Translations under genes and position numbers: made by a program
Notes under the pieces: model-generated
Seen by the model: only the letters and a program-made list of their open reading frames with translations
Told to the model about the DNA's origin: nothing
Database searches by the model: none
In this document: one piece after another, positions 44,332 to 56,775 of the stretch
Numbering within the stretch: position 1 is the first letter of the stretch
How the letters are laid out: each line of letters opens with the position of its first letter
Assembly: GCA_951406725.2 (NCBI GenBank)
Contig: OX597839.1
Location: forward strand, 4,402,001-4,466,000
DNA from: Octopus vulgaris
Taxonomy: Eukaryota
Length of the DNA stretch: 64,000 nucleotides
Direction of reading: 5' to 3'

Positions 44332-44696
44332 GGAGGCGCAATGACCCAATGGTTAGGGCAGCGGACTCGCGGTCGGAGGATTGCGGTTTCGATTCCCAGA
44401 CCGGGCGTAGTATGTGTTTATTGAGCGAAAACACCTAAAGCTCCACGAGGCTCCGGCAGGGGCTGGTGGCGACCCCTGTTGAACTCTTTCGCTCCAACTT
44501 TCTCTCACTCTTTCCTCTTGTTTTGTGCCCCCGACTTCCTACGCAACCGCTGAGCCTGGATACGCATTCATTCATCCGTCGATGCTCTCGGTGTCGGGGG
44601 TTGACCTGCTTTCTCTTCTGCGGGTATTATGAATAGCAAAGGACCACGTTTCAGACTTCTCCCACGAAGACCGCTTCGCTCAACAAACAAACAAAT
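44332..44696 (+). mobile_element. tRNA(Arg)-like SINE family C, full length
   Basis: Head GGAGGCGCAATGACCCAATGGTTAGGGCAGCGGACTCGCGG, B-box GTTTCGATTCC and an (AAAC)n tail. Confidence 0.85.
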
Positions 44697-45390
44697 GTCT
44701 AATAGATTCTTTTTAATTTGATTCATTAATAATGAATCACCATCTACTAAATCTAAGAAAATTACTCAACTTGATTACTCTTCTTCCATTTTTTCTAATA
44801 TATATTATTAACTCCTAATATATACACTTAATTAATAAGACTTTTGTCCACGGTTATTGAATATTATGCCTACTCATAATATATATACTAAATAATTAAT
44901 AGGTTTTTTTCTCCAAACTTAGTAAATATTAGATCTTAAATTCTCTTTTAATCAGTGTAGGTTGTGCAGCAAAAGGTTTGCGAAACTGTCAACTGTCAAC
45001 TGTCATCAACACGAATACTAAAATTGTTTATTCTCAGTATATCATATTAAATCTAAATATAGGCAATTATCCTGCATGCAGAAAACGTATGGGAAAGTTC
45101 TTGCATATAAATAAATAAGCTACGTATTATTTCCTCTGATAGTCTAAAAATCTAGTCAACGATATTATCAATCGGATTTCTATTATCTCTCTCCGCGATG
45201 CGTCTCTCAACCACGATTAGTCCCATTATGATAATATTTTAGCAGTTTGAATTGTAATATTTAATGTGCGTTTTACATTGATAACATGCTCACAAATGTA
45301 AATAAAGCACAAATGCTATCTGGTTCCTCCTCTTTCAAATAAAATATAGCATCTAATGCAGCAAATTTCTTTTCTAGAACCACTTACCTC

Positions 45391-45483
45391 GCTGATACTG
45401 ATATCACATAATAAAAAATTACAAAGGGAAACCATAGCTGATACTGATATCACATAATAAAAAATTACAAAGGGAAACCATAG
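45391..45483. repeat. Perfect ~46-bp tandem duplication
   Basis: GCTGATACTGATATCACATAATAAAAAATTACAAAGGGAAACCATA occurs twice. Confidence 0.9.
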
Positions 45484-46023
45484 TCGTTCTAAAATTCTCA
45501 CTAACTAAATACAGGATATCAACAAAAAAGAAAAAAAAAACCACCAGTCATAATCATGGAAAAATCATACAGATAATTAAAACAAATCTAATCTTCCGCA
45601 TTAATTGTTGATATAGAAAGAGACAACAGAAGTATATAGATAGGAACTACATGTCTCTTAGACAATTAGTTTTAAAACGGCCATATGCAATGCAACTCCA
45701 CACCGTTGTCAAAATATGCCAGGAGCCTGAAAGATAAAACAATATATAAAATAAGCTCTTCGGGTAAATGCTATTCTGTACAATGGACTAAACCTACTCC
45801 TTTTTTGTTATATTTTAAAAATTCTTTTACTTGTTCTAGTCATTTGACTGTCATATTTATTATATATCTATACTTATACATATTTACATATATTTGTATA
45901 TATTTATATTGTTAATACAATAATTATTCTACACATGTACGTATCTTTCTGAAGAATTTTCTGATATTAATTTCCTGGTATTATTTACAATATATTATAT
46001 ATTATATATATAAAAATAAATAA

Positions 46024-46085
<62 letters not shown>

Positions 46086-46263
46086 ATTTCGGTGCAATGT
46101 GGCACCATAAAGGAATAATTCAATTGTCACTACGTGTGACTAAGGATGCCAAAAGACCTACATTACTAGAAATAAGAGTTAAATGCTCCTAATGCCATAG
46201 GAAGAACGCAAATATATACACACTTGCTGAGAGGTGGGGTTAGCACCCAATGGCCGACTTGAG

Positions 46264-46320
46264 AATCCTCAGACCAGACGTCTAGTTTCGCCTATTCCGT
46301 TGGCATCGTCTGTGAGGACT
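46264..46320 (-). ncRNA. Type I hammerhead ribozyme in (TA)n-flanked cassette ~46083-46447
   Basis: The minus strand reads AGTCCTCA-CAGACGA-tGCCaacggaataGGC-GAAAC-tagacgtctg-GTC-TGAGGATT: 8-bp stem I, long self-complementary stem III, GUC triplet, U4A core variant. Confidence 0.83.
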
Positions 46321-46460
46321 GCTCAAACAGCACATGTTAAGCTAATTCCCTCTGTCAGCATATATGAATATACTACAAAAGTGTATGGATGATTTAGTGT
46401 AATACTAATGCGTATGCAAAAACATTAATATAAATAGCTAGGCACAATATATATATATAT

Positions 46461-46845
46461 AGGAGTGGCTTGCTAACCAACCATATGGTTCCGGGTTAAG
46501 TCCCACTGCGTGGCACCTTGGGCAAGTGTCTTCTGCTATAGCCCCGGGGCGACCAATGCCTTGTGAGTGGATTTGGTAGACGGAAACTGAAAGAAGCCTG
46601 TCGTATATATGTATATATATATGTGTATATGTGTGTGTGTTTGTGTGTCTGTGTTTGTCCCCCTAGCATTGCTTGACAACCGATGCTGGTGTGTTTACGT
46701 CCCCGTCACTTAGCGGTTCGGCAAAAGAGACCGATAGAATAAGTACTGGGCTTACAAAGAATAAGTCCCGGGGTGGATTTGCTCGACTAAAGGCGGTGCA
46801 CCAGCATGGCTGCAGTCAAATGACTGAAACAAGTAAAAGAGTAAA

Positions 46846-46848
<3 letters not shown>
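46461..46848 (+). mobile_element. SINE family A, nearly full length
   Basis: Near-identical to 51920-52373. Confidence 0.9.
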
Positions 46849-46900
<52 letters not shown>

Positions 46901-47233
46901 CATTTATGTTAGTACAACAGCAGTGACAATTTCGTCTGTCATTGTGCAATACAAACATAAGAGCGATTCAGTCCTTTGTTAAATGGTGCCATTGAATGGA
47001 TTGTAAAAGGACTTAAAGACTGTAACAGTTACCAGTGCTTCCTGATGTCAGTTAATATCGGATCAATAGGCGCCTCTGTGTATGTTTATACCTGCATCAA
47101 TCAACTATGGTACATGCGAGTGCGAGTCTGTGTATCTGAACGAATGCATGTATGCATACACACACATACATATATATGCATGTATAAATTCATATGTATA
47201 CTTCATTTAAATACAGACACACACACACACACA

Positions 47234-47281
<48 letters not shown>

Positions 47282-47530
47282 ATATATATATATGTATGTG
47301 TGTGTGTGTGTGTGTGTGTATAAATAATCTTATACATACACGCTACAAACACACATACATACACACATATATATATATATATACACATACATGTATACAT
47401 AATACCCACCCAACTAACCGCCCCTCCATGTGCACTTACACACGGACACAGGACACACACAGACATACACTCACACACACACATACATACATACACATAT
47501 ACATATGTTTTCAGACATATTTACGTATGC

Positions 47531-47567
<37 letters not shown>

Positions 47568-47611
47568 GATACATACATATACATACGTATATATATATAT
47601 ATATATATATA

Positions 47612-47661
<50 letters not shown>

Positions 47662-48411
47662 GATACATACATATACATACATAAACACATACACACGTAC
47701 ACAGACACACGCATATATACATGCATATATACACACACATACACGCACGCATACGTAAGCACATTGAATGTGTGTATATATTTATCTACGTACTATGATA
47801 CATCACTTTCCTTCGCATACATCATACATGCTCAGTCGACCGGAAAGAAAAATGATAAATTACAACGATCAACCGAAGCGTTAATCATATCTCCTCTTAT
47901 TAGCCGACATATTGTTTCGTCTCTCTCCCTCTCTCGCGCTCTTCTGCGCTTTCTCTTCAAATCTCCCTTCCCCCAAACATATTGCTCTCTAACCGTCCCC
48001 ATCTCCCTAGCCCACTCTCTCTTTATCCTCTTTCCCCCTCTCTCCGTGTCTCTCTTACTCCCTCTTTCTCTCGTTATCTTTGTATCAATCTCTGGTTTCT
48101 TACTGAGTTGCATTCGTTCATTCCGTTATTCCTTACTCCTTTATTTGTTTGTTTCTTTTTCTGCTTTCATCCCTATGTTATTTTTGTTTGTGTATATATA
48201 TTTTTTTTCATTAATTTCTCCCTTCCGTTTAGCTTTCTATATTTTTCGGATCACACACTGTATATATATTTGTGTATGTGTGTGTGTACATAAATACTTA
48301 AATACATAAATTGGCATATGTATGTTACATGTATATATGAATATAAATAAATAAATATATATATATATCTATATATGTATATATATATGTGTATGTATAT
48401 ATATATATATG

Positions 48412-48512
<101 letters not shown>

Positions 48513-48530
48513 GTATATGTGTGTGTCTGA

Positions 48531-48591
<61 letters not shown>

Positions 48592-48754
48592 GCTGTGAGT
48601 CTGTGTATTTCTACATATATGTGTTGTGTTCCTATTTTTTAAAAACAAACCATACATCTGTCCTCATCAATAATAATCTATGAAACTAAATCTAAATATC
48701 TGTATCTTTCTGTCTCTGCCTGTCTCTCGCATACACGTTCTGCATATATGTATA

Positions 48755-48797
<43 letters not shown>

Positions 48798-48805
48798 AAA
48801 AGTGT

Positions 48806-48919
<114 letters not shown>

Positions 48920-49328
48920 AATACTTATATATATATATACACACACACAAATATATATACATAGATAGATAGATAGATAAAAAGATAGATAGATATACAT
49001 AAATAAATGCATGTATGCGTGTAAAGACATACACATATAAAAACGTGCATATACGTATTTAAATGAATAGGGAGATAGAAAATATAAATGCGCGAATATG
49101 TGTGTATATGTAAGTACGCTTATATATATATATATATATATATATAAAAGGGCTTAGTAAAATAAATTACTTTGCCGCATACTGAACTCATTAGAAATAG
49201 CAGCTAAAAAACTTTTTTAAAAACCATTTCTAATACTTAAAGAAAATCTCTCTCATATAGTGTTTGGTCAACCCAACTCACGAAAGTTTGGGGGTAAAGA
49301 CATCAAAAAATCAAATGCAAAGGTTATT

Positions 49329-49380
49329 TGAGAACGTACGTTTCAAGATTAGTCATCACAACACTTCTATCATCAGCTCA
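49329..49380 (-). ncRNA. Type I hammerhead ribozyme
   Basis: Reverse complement of the 49817-49868 motif. Confidence 0.8.
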
Positions 49381-49816
49381 GAAACTCCTTGGTTTGGATT
49401 TGAAAACACTGAAAGTGAGAGCATACTCTCTCGGCCTCTCATCGCTTTCGAAGATCTGCTCGTAACTAACAGTGCCAACAAACTCAAACATGCAAGCGAA
49501 GAATTTCTGCTCTCCCCTTTCCACCAGCGTGGGTTAAAATCAACAAACACTCTGCTTATTTCGGTAAAATCCGAAGCATTAATTAGAGGGAGATTAATTA
49601 TAATTTCAACAATTGAGGGTAAAATTAATTAATTATTAATTAATTTCACCAAGTGTTCAGTATGCAAAGGGACCATTTAAGGCGAATTCAAATTATTACA
49701 ATATATAAAAGGGCTTAGTAAAATAAATTACTTTACCGCAGATCTTCGAAAGCGATGAGAGGCCGAGAGAGTATGCTCTCACTTTCAGTGTTTTCAAATC
49801 CAAACCAAGGAGTTTC

Positions 49817-49868
49817 TGAGCTGATGATAGAAGTGTTGTGATGACTAATCTTGAAACGTACGTTCTCA
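49817..49868 (+). ncRNA. Type I hammerhead ribozyme
   Basis: TGAG-CTGATGA-tagaagtgttgtgatgactaatctt-GAAAC-gtac-GTT-CTCA, with palindromic stem III ACGTACGT. Confidence 0.8.
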
Positions 49869-50382
49869 AATAACCTTTGCATTTGATTTTTTGATGTCTT
49901 TGACCCCGTACTTTCGTGAGTTAGTTGACCAAACACTATATGAGAGAGAAACTCCTTGGTTTGGATTTGAAAACACTGAAAGTGAGAGCATACTCTCTCG
50001 GCCTCTCATCGCTTTCGAAGATCTGCGGTAAAGTAATTTATTTTACTAAGCCCTTTTATATATTGTAATAATTTGAATTCGCCTTAAATGGTCCCTTTGC
50101 ATACTGAACACTTGGTGAAATTAATTAATAATTAATTAATTTTACCCTCAATTGTTGAAATTATAATTAATCTCCCTCTAATTAATGCTTCGGATTTTAC
50201 CGAAATAAGCAGAGTGTTTGTTGATTTTAACCCACGCTGGTGGAAAGGGAGAGCAGAAATTCTTCGCTTGCATGTTTGAGTTTGTTGGCACTGTTAGTTA
50301 CGAGCAGATCTTCGAAAGCGATGAGAGGCCGAGAGAGTATGCTCTCACTTTCAGTGTTTTCAAATCCAAACCAAGGAGTTTC

Positions 50383-50434
50383 TGAGCTGATGATAGAAGT
50401 GTTGTGATGACTAATCTTGAAACGTACGTTCTCA
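50383..50434 (+). ncRNA. Type I hammerhead ribozyme
   Basis: Identical to 49817-49868, 566 bp downstream. Confidence 0.8.
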
Positions 50435-50721
50435 AATAACCTTTGCATTTGATTTTTTGATGTCTTTACCCCCAAACTTTCGTGAGTTGGGTTGACCAAA
50501 CACTATATGAGAGAGATTTTCTTTAAGTATTAGAAATGGTTTTTAAAAAAGTTTTTTAGCTGCTATTTCTAATGAGTTCAGTATGCGGCAAAGTAATTTA
50601 TTTTACTAAGCCCTTTTATATATTGTAATAATTTGAATTCGCCTTAAATGGTCCCTTTGCATACTGAACACTTGGTGAAATTAATTAATAATTAATTAAT
50701 TTTACCCTCAATTGTTGAAAT

Positions 50722-50753
<32 letters not shown>

Positions 50754-50760
50754 TCCTTCG

Positions 50761-50793
<33 letters not shown>

Positions 50794-51919
50794 TTCGACC
50801 CACATACGCGTATGCGCGCCCCCGCGCGCACATACACACACAATGAATACACACTCACACTCTCTCACATACACACACTCACACATGTGCATACTTTGGG
50901 ACTTCGATTTGCATTATTCTAGGTCTCCCTATCATCAAACACCCGTCTTATCATACATTCATGGCGGTTCTAAGTAGAGATGCACTCAGGAGTCCTCAAT
51001 AACATTGGATTTTCCTTTGCAATGCTGAAATATTGTTACTATTAGTTTCTTGACCTAAGAAATTGCGAAGTGGAAGCCGGGGTGCTGTTTTTGGGTGAAT
51101 GTTTAACAGCATACCAAAATAGGAATCAAAGGATTGAGAACCCCTAATTTAAACCATACACAAATAAATAAAAATTTAATAACTTTTAAGGTTTTCAAAT
51201 TTTTGCTAAATTCAATTGAAAGTCACCACTACGTACGTGATCATAAACCATACATTGAAGTCTGTTTCCATAGTAACGAACCAATTTGTATTCCGCACTG
51301 TTTTTATTCCAATGTAAATCCGGTACTTAACGCGACCGTGGCACTTTCTCCAGCGCAACCACAAGTTTTGAGGAGTGATATCATTTTGTCCCTGTTGTTA
51401 TTTCTGTCGGTTATTTTGTGGGACGTACAAAATGCGCGGCTTCCAATTCTCGTTTTCTGATTAGACTGAAAAATTATCAAACTTTGAACCTCTGTAACTC
51501 TTTACTAATATCTTCTGGAAATAAATGCATTCCGAATTTGGATTCGGCCTGAAAAATTATATCAAAATATCCAATTTGAAAATTTTCACTTAATTTTAAA
51601 CTTTCCAGATGTGTGACAGCAGACGAAAAGATCCGAAATCCCAATAGTTTTATGAAAGATTGTAATTATAAATCATATAATGACTTAAAATAGGGAGCTC
51701 AGCCGATAACAGCTGTATGAAAGTTGTGTGTCTTGAATGTATATAGCGAGTTGTTGCAACATACAGGGGTTTTCTAAGAGACAATGACATGAGTTATACG
51801 CACCGGGTAAAAAAAATAAAAGACCTATATTCTTATAATCCAAGTTATGTCGGTCAAGTCATTTCCTTAGTTCTGAAAACCTTGAAGCTTGAAATTTTCT
51901 CTGTTAATAGGAAACATGT

Positions 51920-52101
51920 AGGCGCAGGAGTGGCTGTGTGGTAAGTAGCTTGCTAACCAACCACATGGTTCCGGGTTCAGTCCCACTGCGTGGCATCTTG
52001 GGCAAGTGTCTTCTGGTATAGCCCCGGGCCGACCAATGCCTTGTGAGTGGATTTGGTAGACGGAAACTGAAAGAAGCCCGTCGTATATATGTATATATAT
52101 G

Positions 52102-52151
<50 letters not shown>

Positions 52152-52373
52152 TGGGTGTGTTTGTGTGTCTGTGTTTGTCCCCCTAGCATTGCTTGACAAC
52201 CGATGCTGGTGTGTTTATGTCCCCGTTACTTAGCGGTTCGGCAAAAGAGACTGATAGAATAAGTACTGGGCTTACAAAAGAATAAGTCCCGGGGTCGAGT
52301 TGCTCGATTAAAAAAGGCGGTGCTCCAGCATGGCCGCAGTCAAATGACTGAAACAAGTAAAAGAGTAAAAGAA
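51920..52373 (+). mobile_element. tRNA-derived SINE family A, full length
   Basis: A-box TGGCTGTGTGGT, B-box-like GGTTCAGTCCC, internal (TA)n/(TG)n tract and a GTAAAAGA-repeat tail. Multiple copies in the window. Confidence 0.9.
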
Positions 52374-52439
52374 TATATAGAAATATCTATATGTTGAAAA
52401 CTATGAAGTCATCGCCTGTGAAAATTTCGTATATAGAAC

Positions 52440-52760
52440 AATATTTAAACGCAAAATTTATCCGAAGGATAAACAGAGTGTGTATGGTTTGCTCTATAAC
52501 TCTGTGCTTGGTGATGAGGGATGCTTTATATACTACTGTCTTGTGGACAGGTGCATTGATTTTGGCAAAAGCAACAGTAGCTACCGTTGTATGAATTTCA
52601 GTTTGTTCTATGATTCAGTATGTGAGATTGGAAGTGATGGTGACTTGGCAAGAGCAACCGACATTAATATTATGTGTATTGAAAAGCTTCTGGTTGTTTT
52701 CTTTGGGAATAGTGTCTAATGAGGTATTAATTTGCTTCATGCTGTGGCTGAAATCATCTG
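52440..52760 (-). pseudogene. Possible degenerate Penelope-like element linker / GIY-YIG-proximal fragment
   Basis: Minus-strand frames give IPKENNQKLFNTHNINVGCSC ... YCCFCQNQC ... KTVVYKASL, resembling the PLE pattern FP....L.KIFN.NT.K.SYSC ... C.C....C ... VVYKA as I recall it. Confidence 0.45.
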
Positions 52761-52891
52761 GAGAAAAAGAAAGATTAAATCGAGTTCTAATATTTTTCAT
52801 AAATCCCAAGGAGGTGCCTTCCGTTTACAATATTTTCGCACCTATTTGTATACTTATACATACGTGCATACATGTACGCCTGTATGTATGC

Positions 52892-52966
<75 letters not shown>

Positions 52967-52967
52967 C

Positions 52968-53000
<33 letters not shown>

Positions 53001-53109
53001 TTCTGTCTGCTTGTCTGTCTGTGTATCTATCTATTTCTATCTATCTGACTGCCTGTCTGTTTGTCTTTCTTCTCTCTCTCTCTGTCTTTCCTTCTCTCCC
53101 TCTCTCTCC

Positions 53110-53199
<90 letters not shown>

Positions 53200-53356
53200 G
53201 GGGTTGGAAAACATAATGGTAACACCTAGCATCATAATTTTGAAATATCTATAAAACCGTCAAAAGCTTGTTTATTTTCATGTTTTTTTATATATTATTA
53301 GTGTTGCTTAATATGTTTTGCTAAAATTTCTGTTTCTTTTCAGATATCATCAGAAA

Positions 53357-53417
<61 letters not shown>

Positions 53418-53589
53418 TGGTTTAGTTAACTGATGATCTAAACCAGTAGGTACGCTGCATAAGTGTTCTAATTGGTCATCCGTTAGGTTCCAAGTTCACG
53501 GCTGAGGCTGGAGCTAGGGATCCGTAGCCGGCTTGCGAGTTAGCGGACATATATTAAAAGAAAGGAAAAACAAAACCAACGTAGGACGA

Positions 53590-53655
<66 letters not shown>

Positions 53656-53666
53656 GCACATATATA

Positions 53667-53697
<31 letters not shown>

Positions 53698-53939
53698 GGC
53701 ACACGCACACTCACAACCACACATATATATGAATGTACGTCCAAAAAAACAGAGTTGTGGTCTCTCCTAATATCCCTGACTTAATTACCTGCGAATATTT
53801 CGTGCGAAACCTATGGTTTTGGTCTGCTAATTTCTATTATTAAAAGAGCAACTAAAAGAAATTATTTACCCAACCATGTCATCCAACCATGTCGTGGACT
53901 CATTTTTCCAGTTAAGTCTTGACCGTGTATACACACACA

Positions 53940-53995
<56 letters not shown>

Positions 53996-53996
53996 A

Positions 53997-54148
53997 ATTT
54001 TTTATTTATATAAACTAAAACAAATGCGTTTTCACAAATTATTCATATCAATCAACGTTACTGTGTAACACCCCACAGTTTAGTACATATTACAAGAAGT
54101 ACAGTAGTTTACTGTGTAACGAAGTATAGTACAACTCAATATTGAAAC

Positions 54149-54195
<47 letters not shown>

Positions 54196-54352
54196 TTTCT
54201 TATTTATATAAACTAAAACAAATGCCTCTTCACAAATTATTCATATCAATCAACGTTACTGTGTAACACCTCACAGTTTAGTACATATTACAAGAAGTAC
54301 AGTAGTTTACTGTGTAACGAAGTATAGTACAACTCAATATTGAAAGGTATAG
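53997..54352 (+). repeat. Tandem ~155-bp duplication separated by (TA)n
   Basis: TATTTATATAAACTAAAACAAATGC...CAACTCAATATTGAAA occurs twice, nearly identical. Confidence 0.9.
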
Positions 54353-55184
54353 TTATAGCGATGTTAAATAAAATTTAATAAAATTTAATATTTGAATAGA
54401 TTGCTGTGAAGTGTAGTTGAGTATAAGGTATAAATTTATTTACGGTCTTTTTGGGGCGGGGGCTACAAAACAAGCTACGCATCAGACAGCCTGTACATAG
54501 TCTACTCAACAACCCATTAGTTCTATCCCTACACCCCTCTATCAACACATTAATTCTTCCATCCATCCATCCAGCCATGCACCCCTCTCACAAACATTTT
54601 TCCATCGACCCATTCGCACATTCATCCATCATTCCACGCATGCACGAATACACCCACGCTCCAGACCCGCCATCGCCTCTCATCTCTCATCTCTCATCTC
54701 TCATCTATCCATCTGTCAACACATTCCTCCCACCCTCCTCCACAGCCTCCCCCAAACATAATCCACCACCAACCGCCTCGCCTCCTCTAGACGAGCCCCT
54801 TAACAATAACCACTGCTCGTTCAGTCATTTAGCGAGCCTAACACACCCACCTGCCCAGCCCTACCACCCACTTCCCGAACCATGTCATCAATGAAGGGAG
54901 GCAATTCGTTTGGCAATGCTCTTTAACTTATCAAAAGCCAAATAGCATCATAGCCATTAACCATTAATTACTTTTGCATTCCCCATCTTTTGAAGCCAAC
55001 AAGTTACTCATCCCTATTCAAATGTACTCGACATTGACAAATAATAATACCAAAAAAAAATAATGTTTTCTCTTATAAATTGATAGATAGATTAAGAAGA
55101 TATTCGCAGCAGACAAGGAGAAACACATGCACATACATGTCTCTCTCTCTATATATATATACATATACATACATACATAAATAC

Positions 55185-55238
<54 letters not shown>

Positions 55239-55349
55239 GAATGTATGTATTACTCATTTAACACATAGATAGTACGAGAATGATATTAAATAATCACACG
55301 TCGTAATAATACAATGTACACAGCCTCCTATTATACATATATATACATA

Positions 55350-55414
<65 letters not shown>

Positions 55415-55464
55415 CATTCGTACATGTATACATGTTCATATATATGTATATACATCCATCCATC

Positions 55465-55540
<76 letters not shown>

Positions 55541-56775
55541 TATAAATATGTATATATGTATATATGTATGTATGTATGTATATATATTTAATGACATTTT
55601 TTAACTACGAAAATGAATAATAATAAATAACACGAAATATGCATATATTCATATTTTTTGTTCATATGCATGTGTGTATTATAATTTATACACGCCTTAC
55701 ACGCAAGCATAAAACACACAGACACACACACACATTTACTATATTGAAAATTATAGAGAAAGAAAGAGAGTGGGGAGAGAGACTAAGGTGGGGAAAAATA
55801 AAGAGAAAAACACTTTTTAAAAGAAAAGCACTCAGGAAAGATAAAAGAATTGTGGGGAGCACCTTTTTTTTTTTTTAATAAAGATATTTATTCTTTGGAG
55901 AAGGATGAAGAGGAGGAAAATGAATGAGAATGCTTCTGCTGCTGCTGTTGCCGGTGGTGATGAGGATGATGACGAGGTGGTGAAGTAAGAGGGTAGGAGA
56001 ATGGGAAAAGAAAGGAACAAAAATTGTAAAAAACAAAACCAAACAAAAAACAAAAAAAAACCAAAAAACCCCAAAACAAAACAAAACAAAAAGTCGAATG
56101 TCTATCAAGAAACTCCTCGAAAAAAAAAACCCCAAAGAACAAAACAAAAAATGAAACAAAATAAAGTAACAAAAAACTACTGTAAAAAAATATAGAAAGG
56201 AAAAAGAATAAAATATTTAAAAAAAAAGTTACTTCAAAAGATGACAAAAACAAATGACAAGATAAAATAAAATAAAATAAAATAAAATAAAATAAAATAA
56301 AATAAAATAAAATAAAATATAAAGATTTCAAAAGGAGACGAAAGCAAAATAAAAAAAAAACAAAAACATATCTGTTCTTGCTTGTTGCATTTCTCATTGT
56401 TGATCTTATTGTAGCTTGTTGCTGTTGTTCCTGTTGCTGTCGCATTTGTTTTTGTTGTTGTTGTTGTTGTTGTTGCTGTTATCTTTGTCGTTTGTTGTTT
56501 TTTTTTGTTGTTGTTGTTGTCAGTTTGTGCTGATGATCCAGTTGACCTTTGATCAAAAGACTCCCAGCTGTGACCATCCCACCTCACACCCCCCTCCCAT
56601 TCCCAAACAGACACCATTCATTCACAAACTGCATTATCCAGCATTGTACTTTCATGTCTATGACCGCAGGCTGCGATTCAAGAGACAGATTTGGTTGCTA
56701 TTTCTAGCAGACCAGGTCGAAAGCTTCTCTAATTGATACGAGATTATTGTTGTATTAACAATAATGCAGCGAGTA

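Larger units (their letters stand above)
49146..50722. mobile_element. Fold-back / partial-tandem hammerhead element with a ~560-bp repeat unit, inserted in (TA)n
   Basis: Arms 49146-~49817 and ~49947-50618 are near-perfect reverse complements. AAAAGGGCTTAGTAAAATAAATTAC recurs at ~49146 and ~49707. Contains three hammerheads. Confidence 0.9.

Noticed and set aside
49264-50499. Three similar ORFs (MVNPTHESLGVKTS...) resembling a small gene family
   Set aside because: They are antisense readings of the repeated hammerhead unit, with non-ATG starts and no recognisable motif.
50890-51640. Possible DNA transposon remnant (also ~31800-31980 and ~53199-53360)
   Set aside because: I could not identify paired TIRs, a TSD or transposase motifs within the window.
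53425-53450. CTGATGA in a TA-flanked insert
   Set aside because: There is no correctly placed GAAA, stem III or stem I partner.
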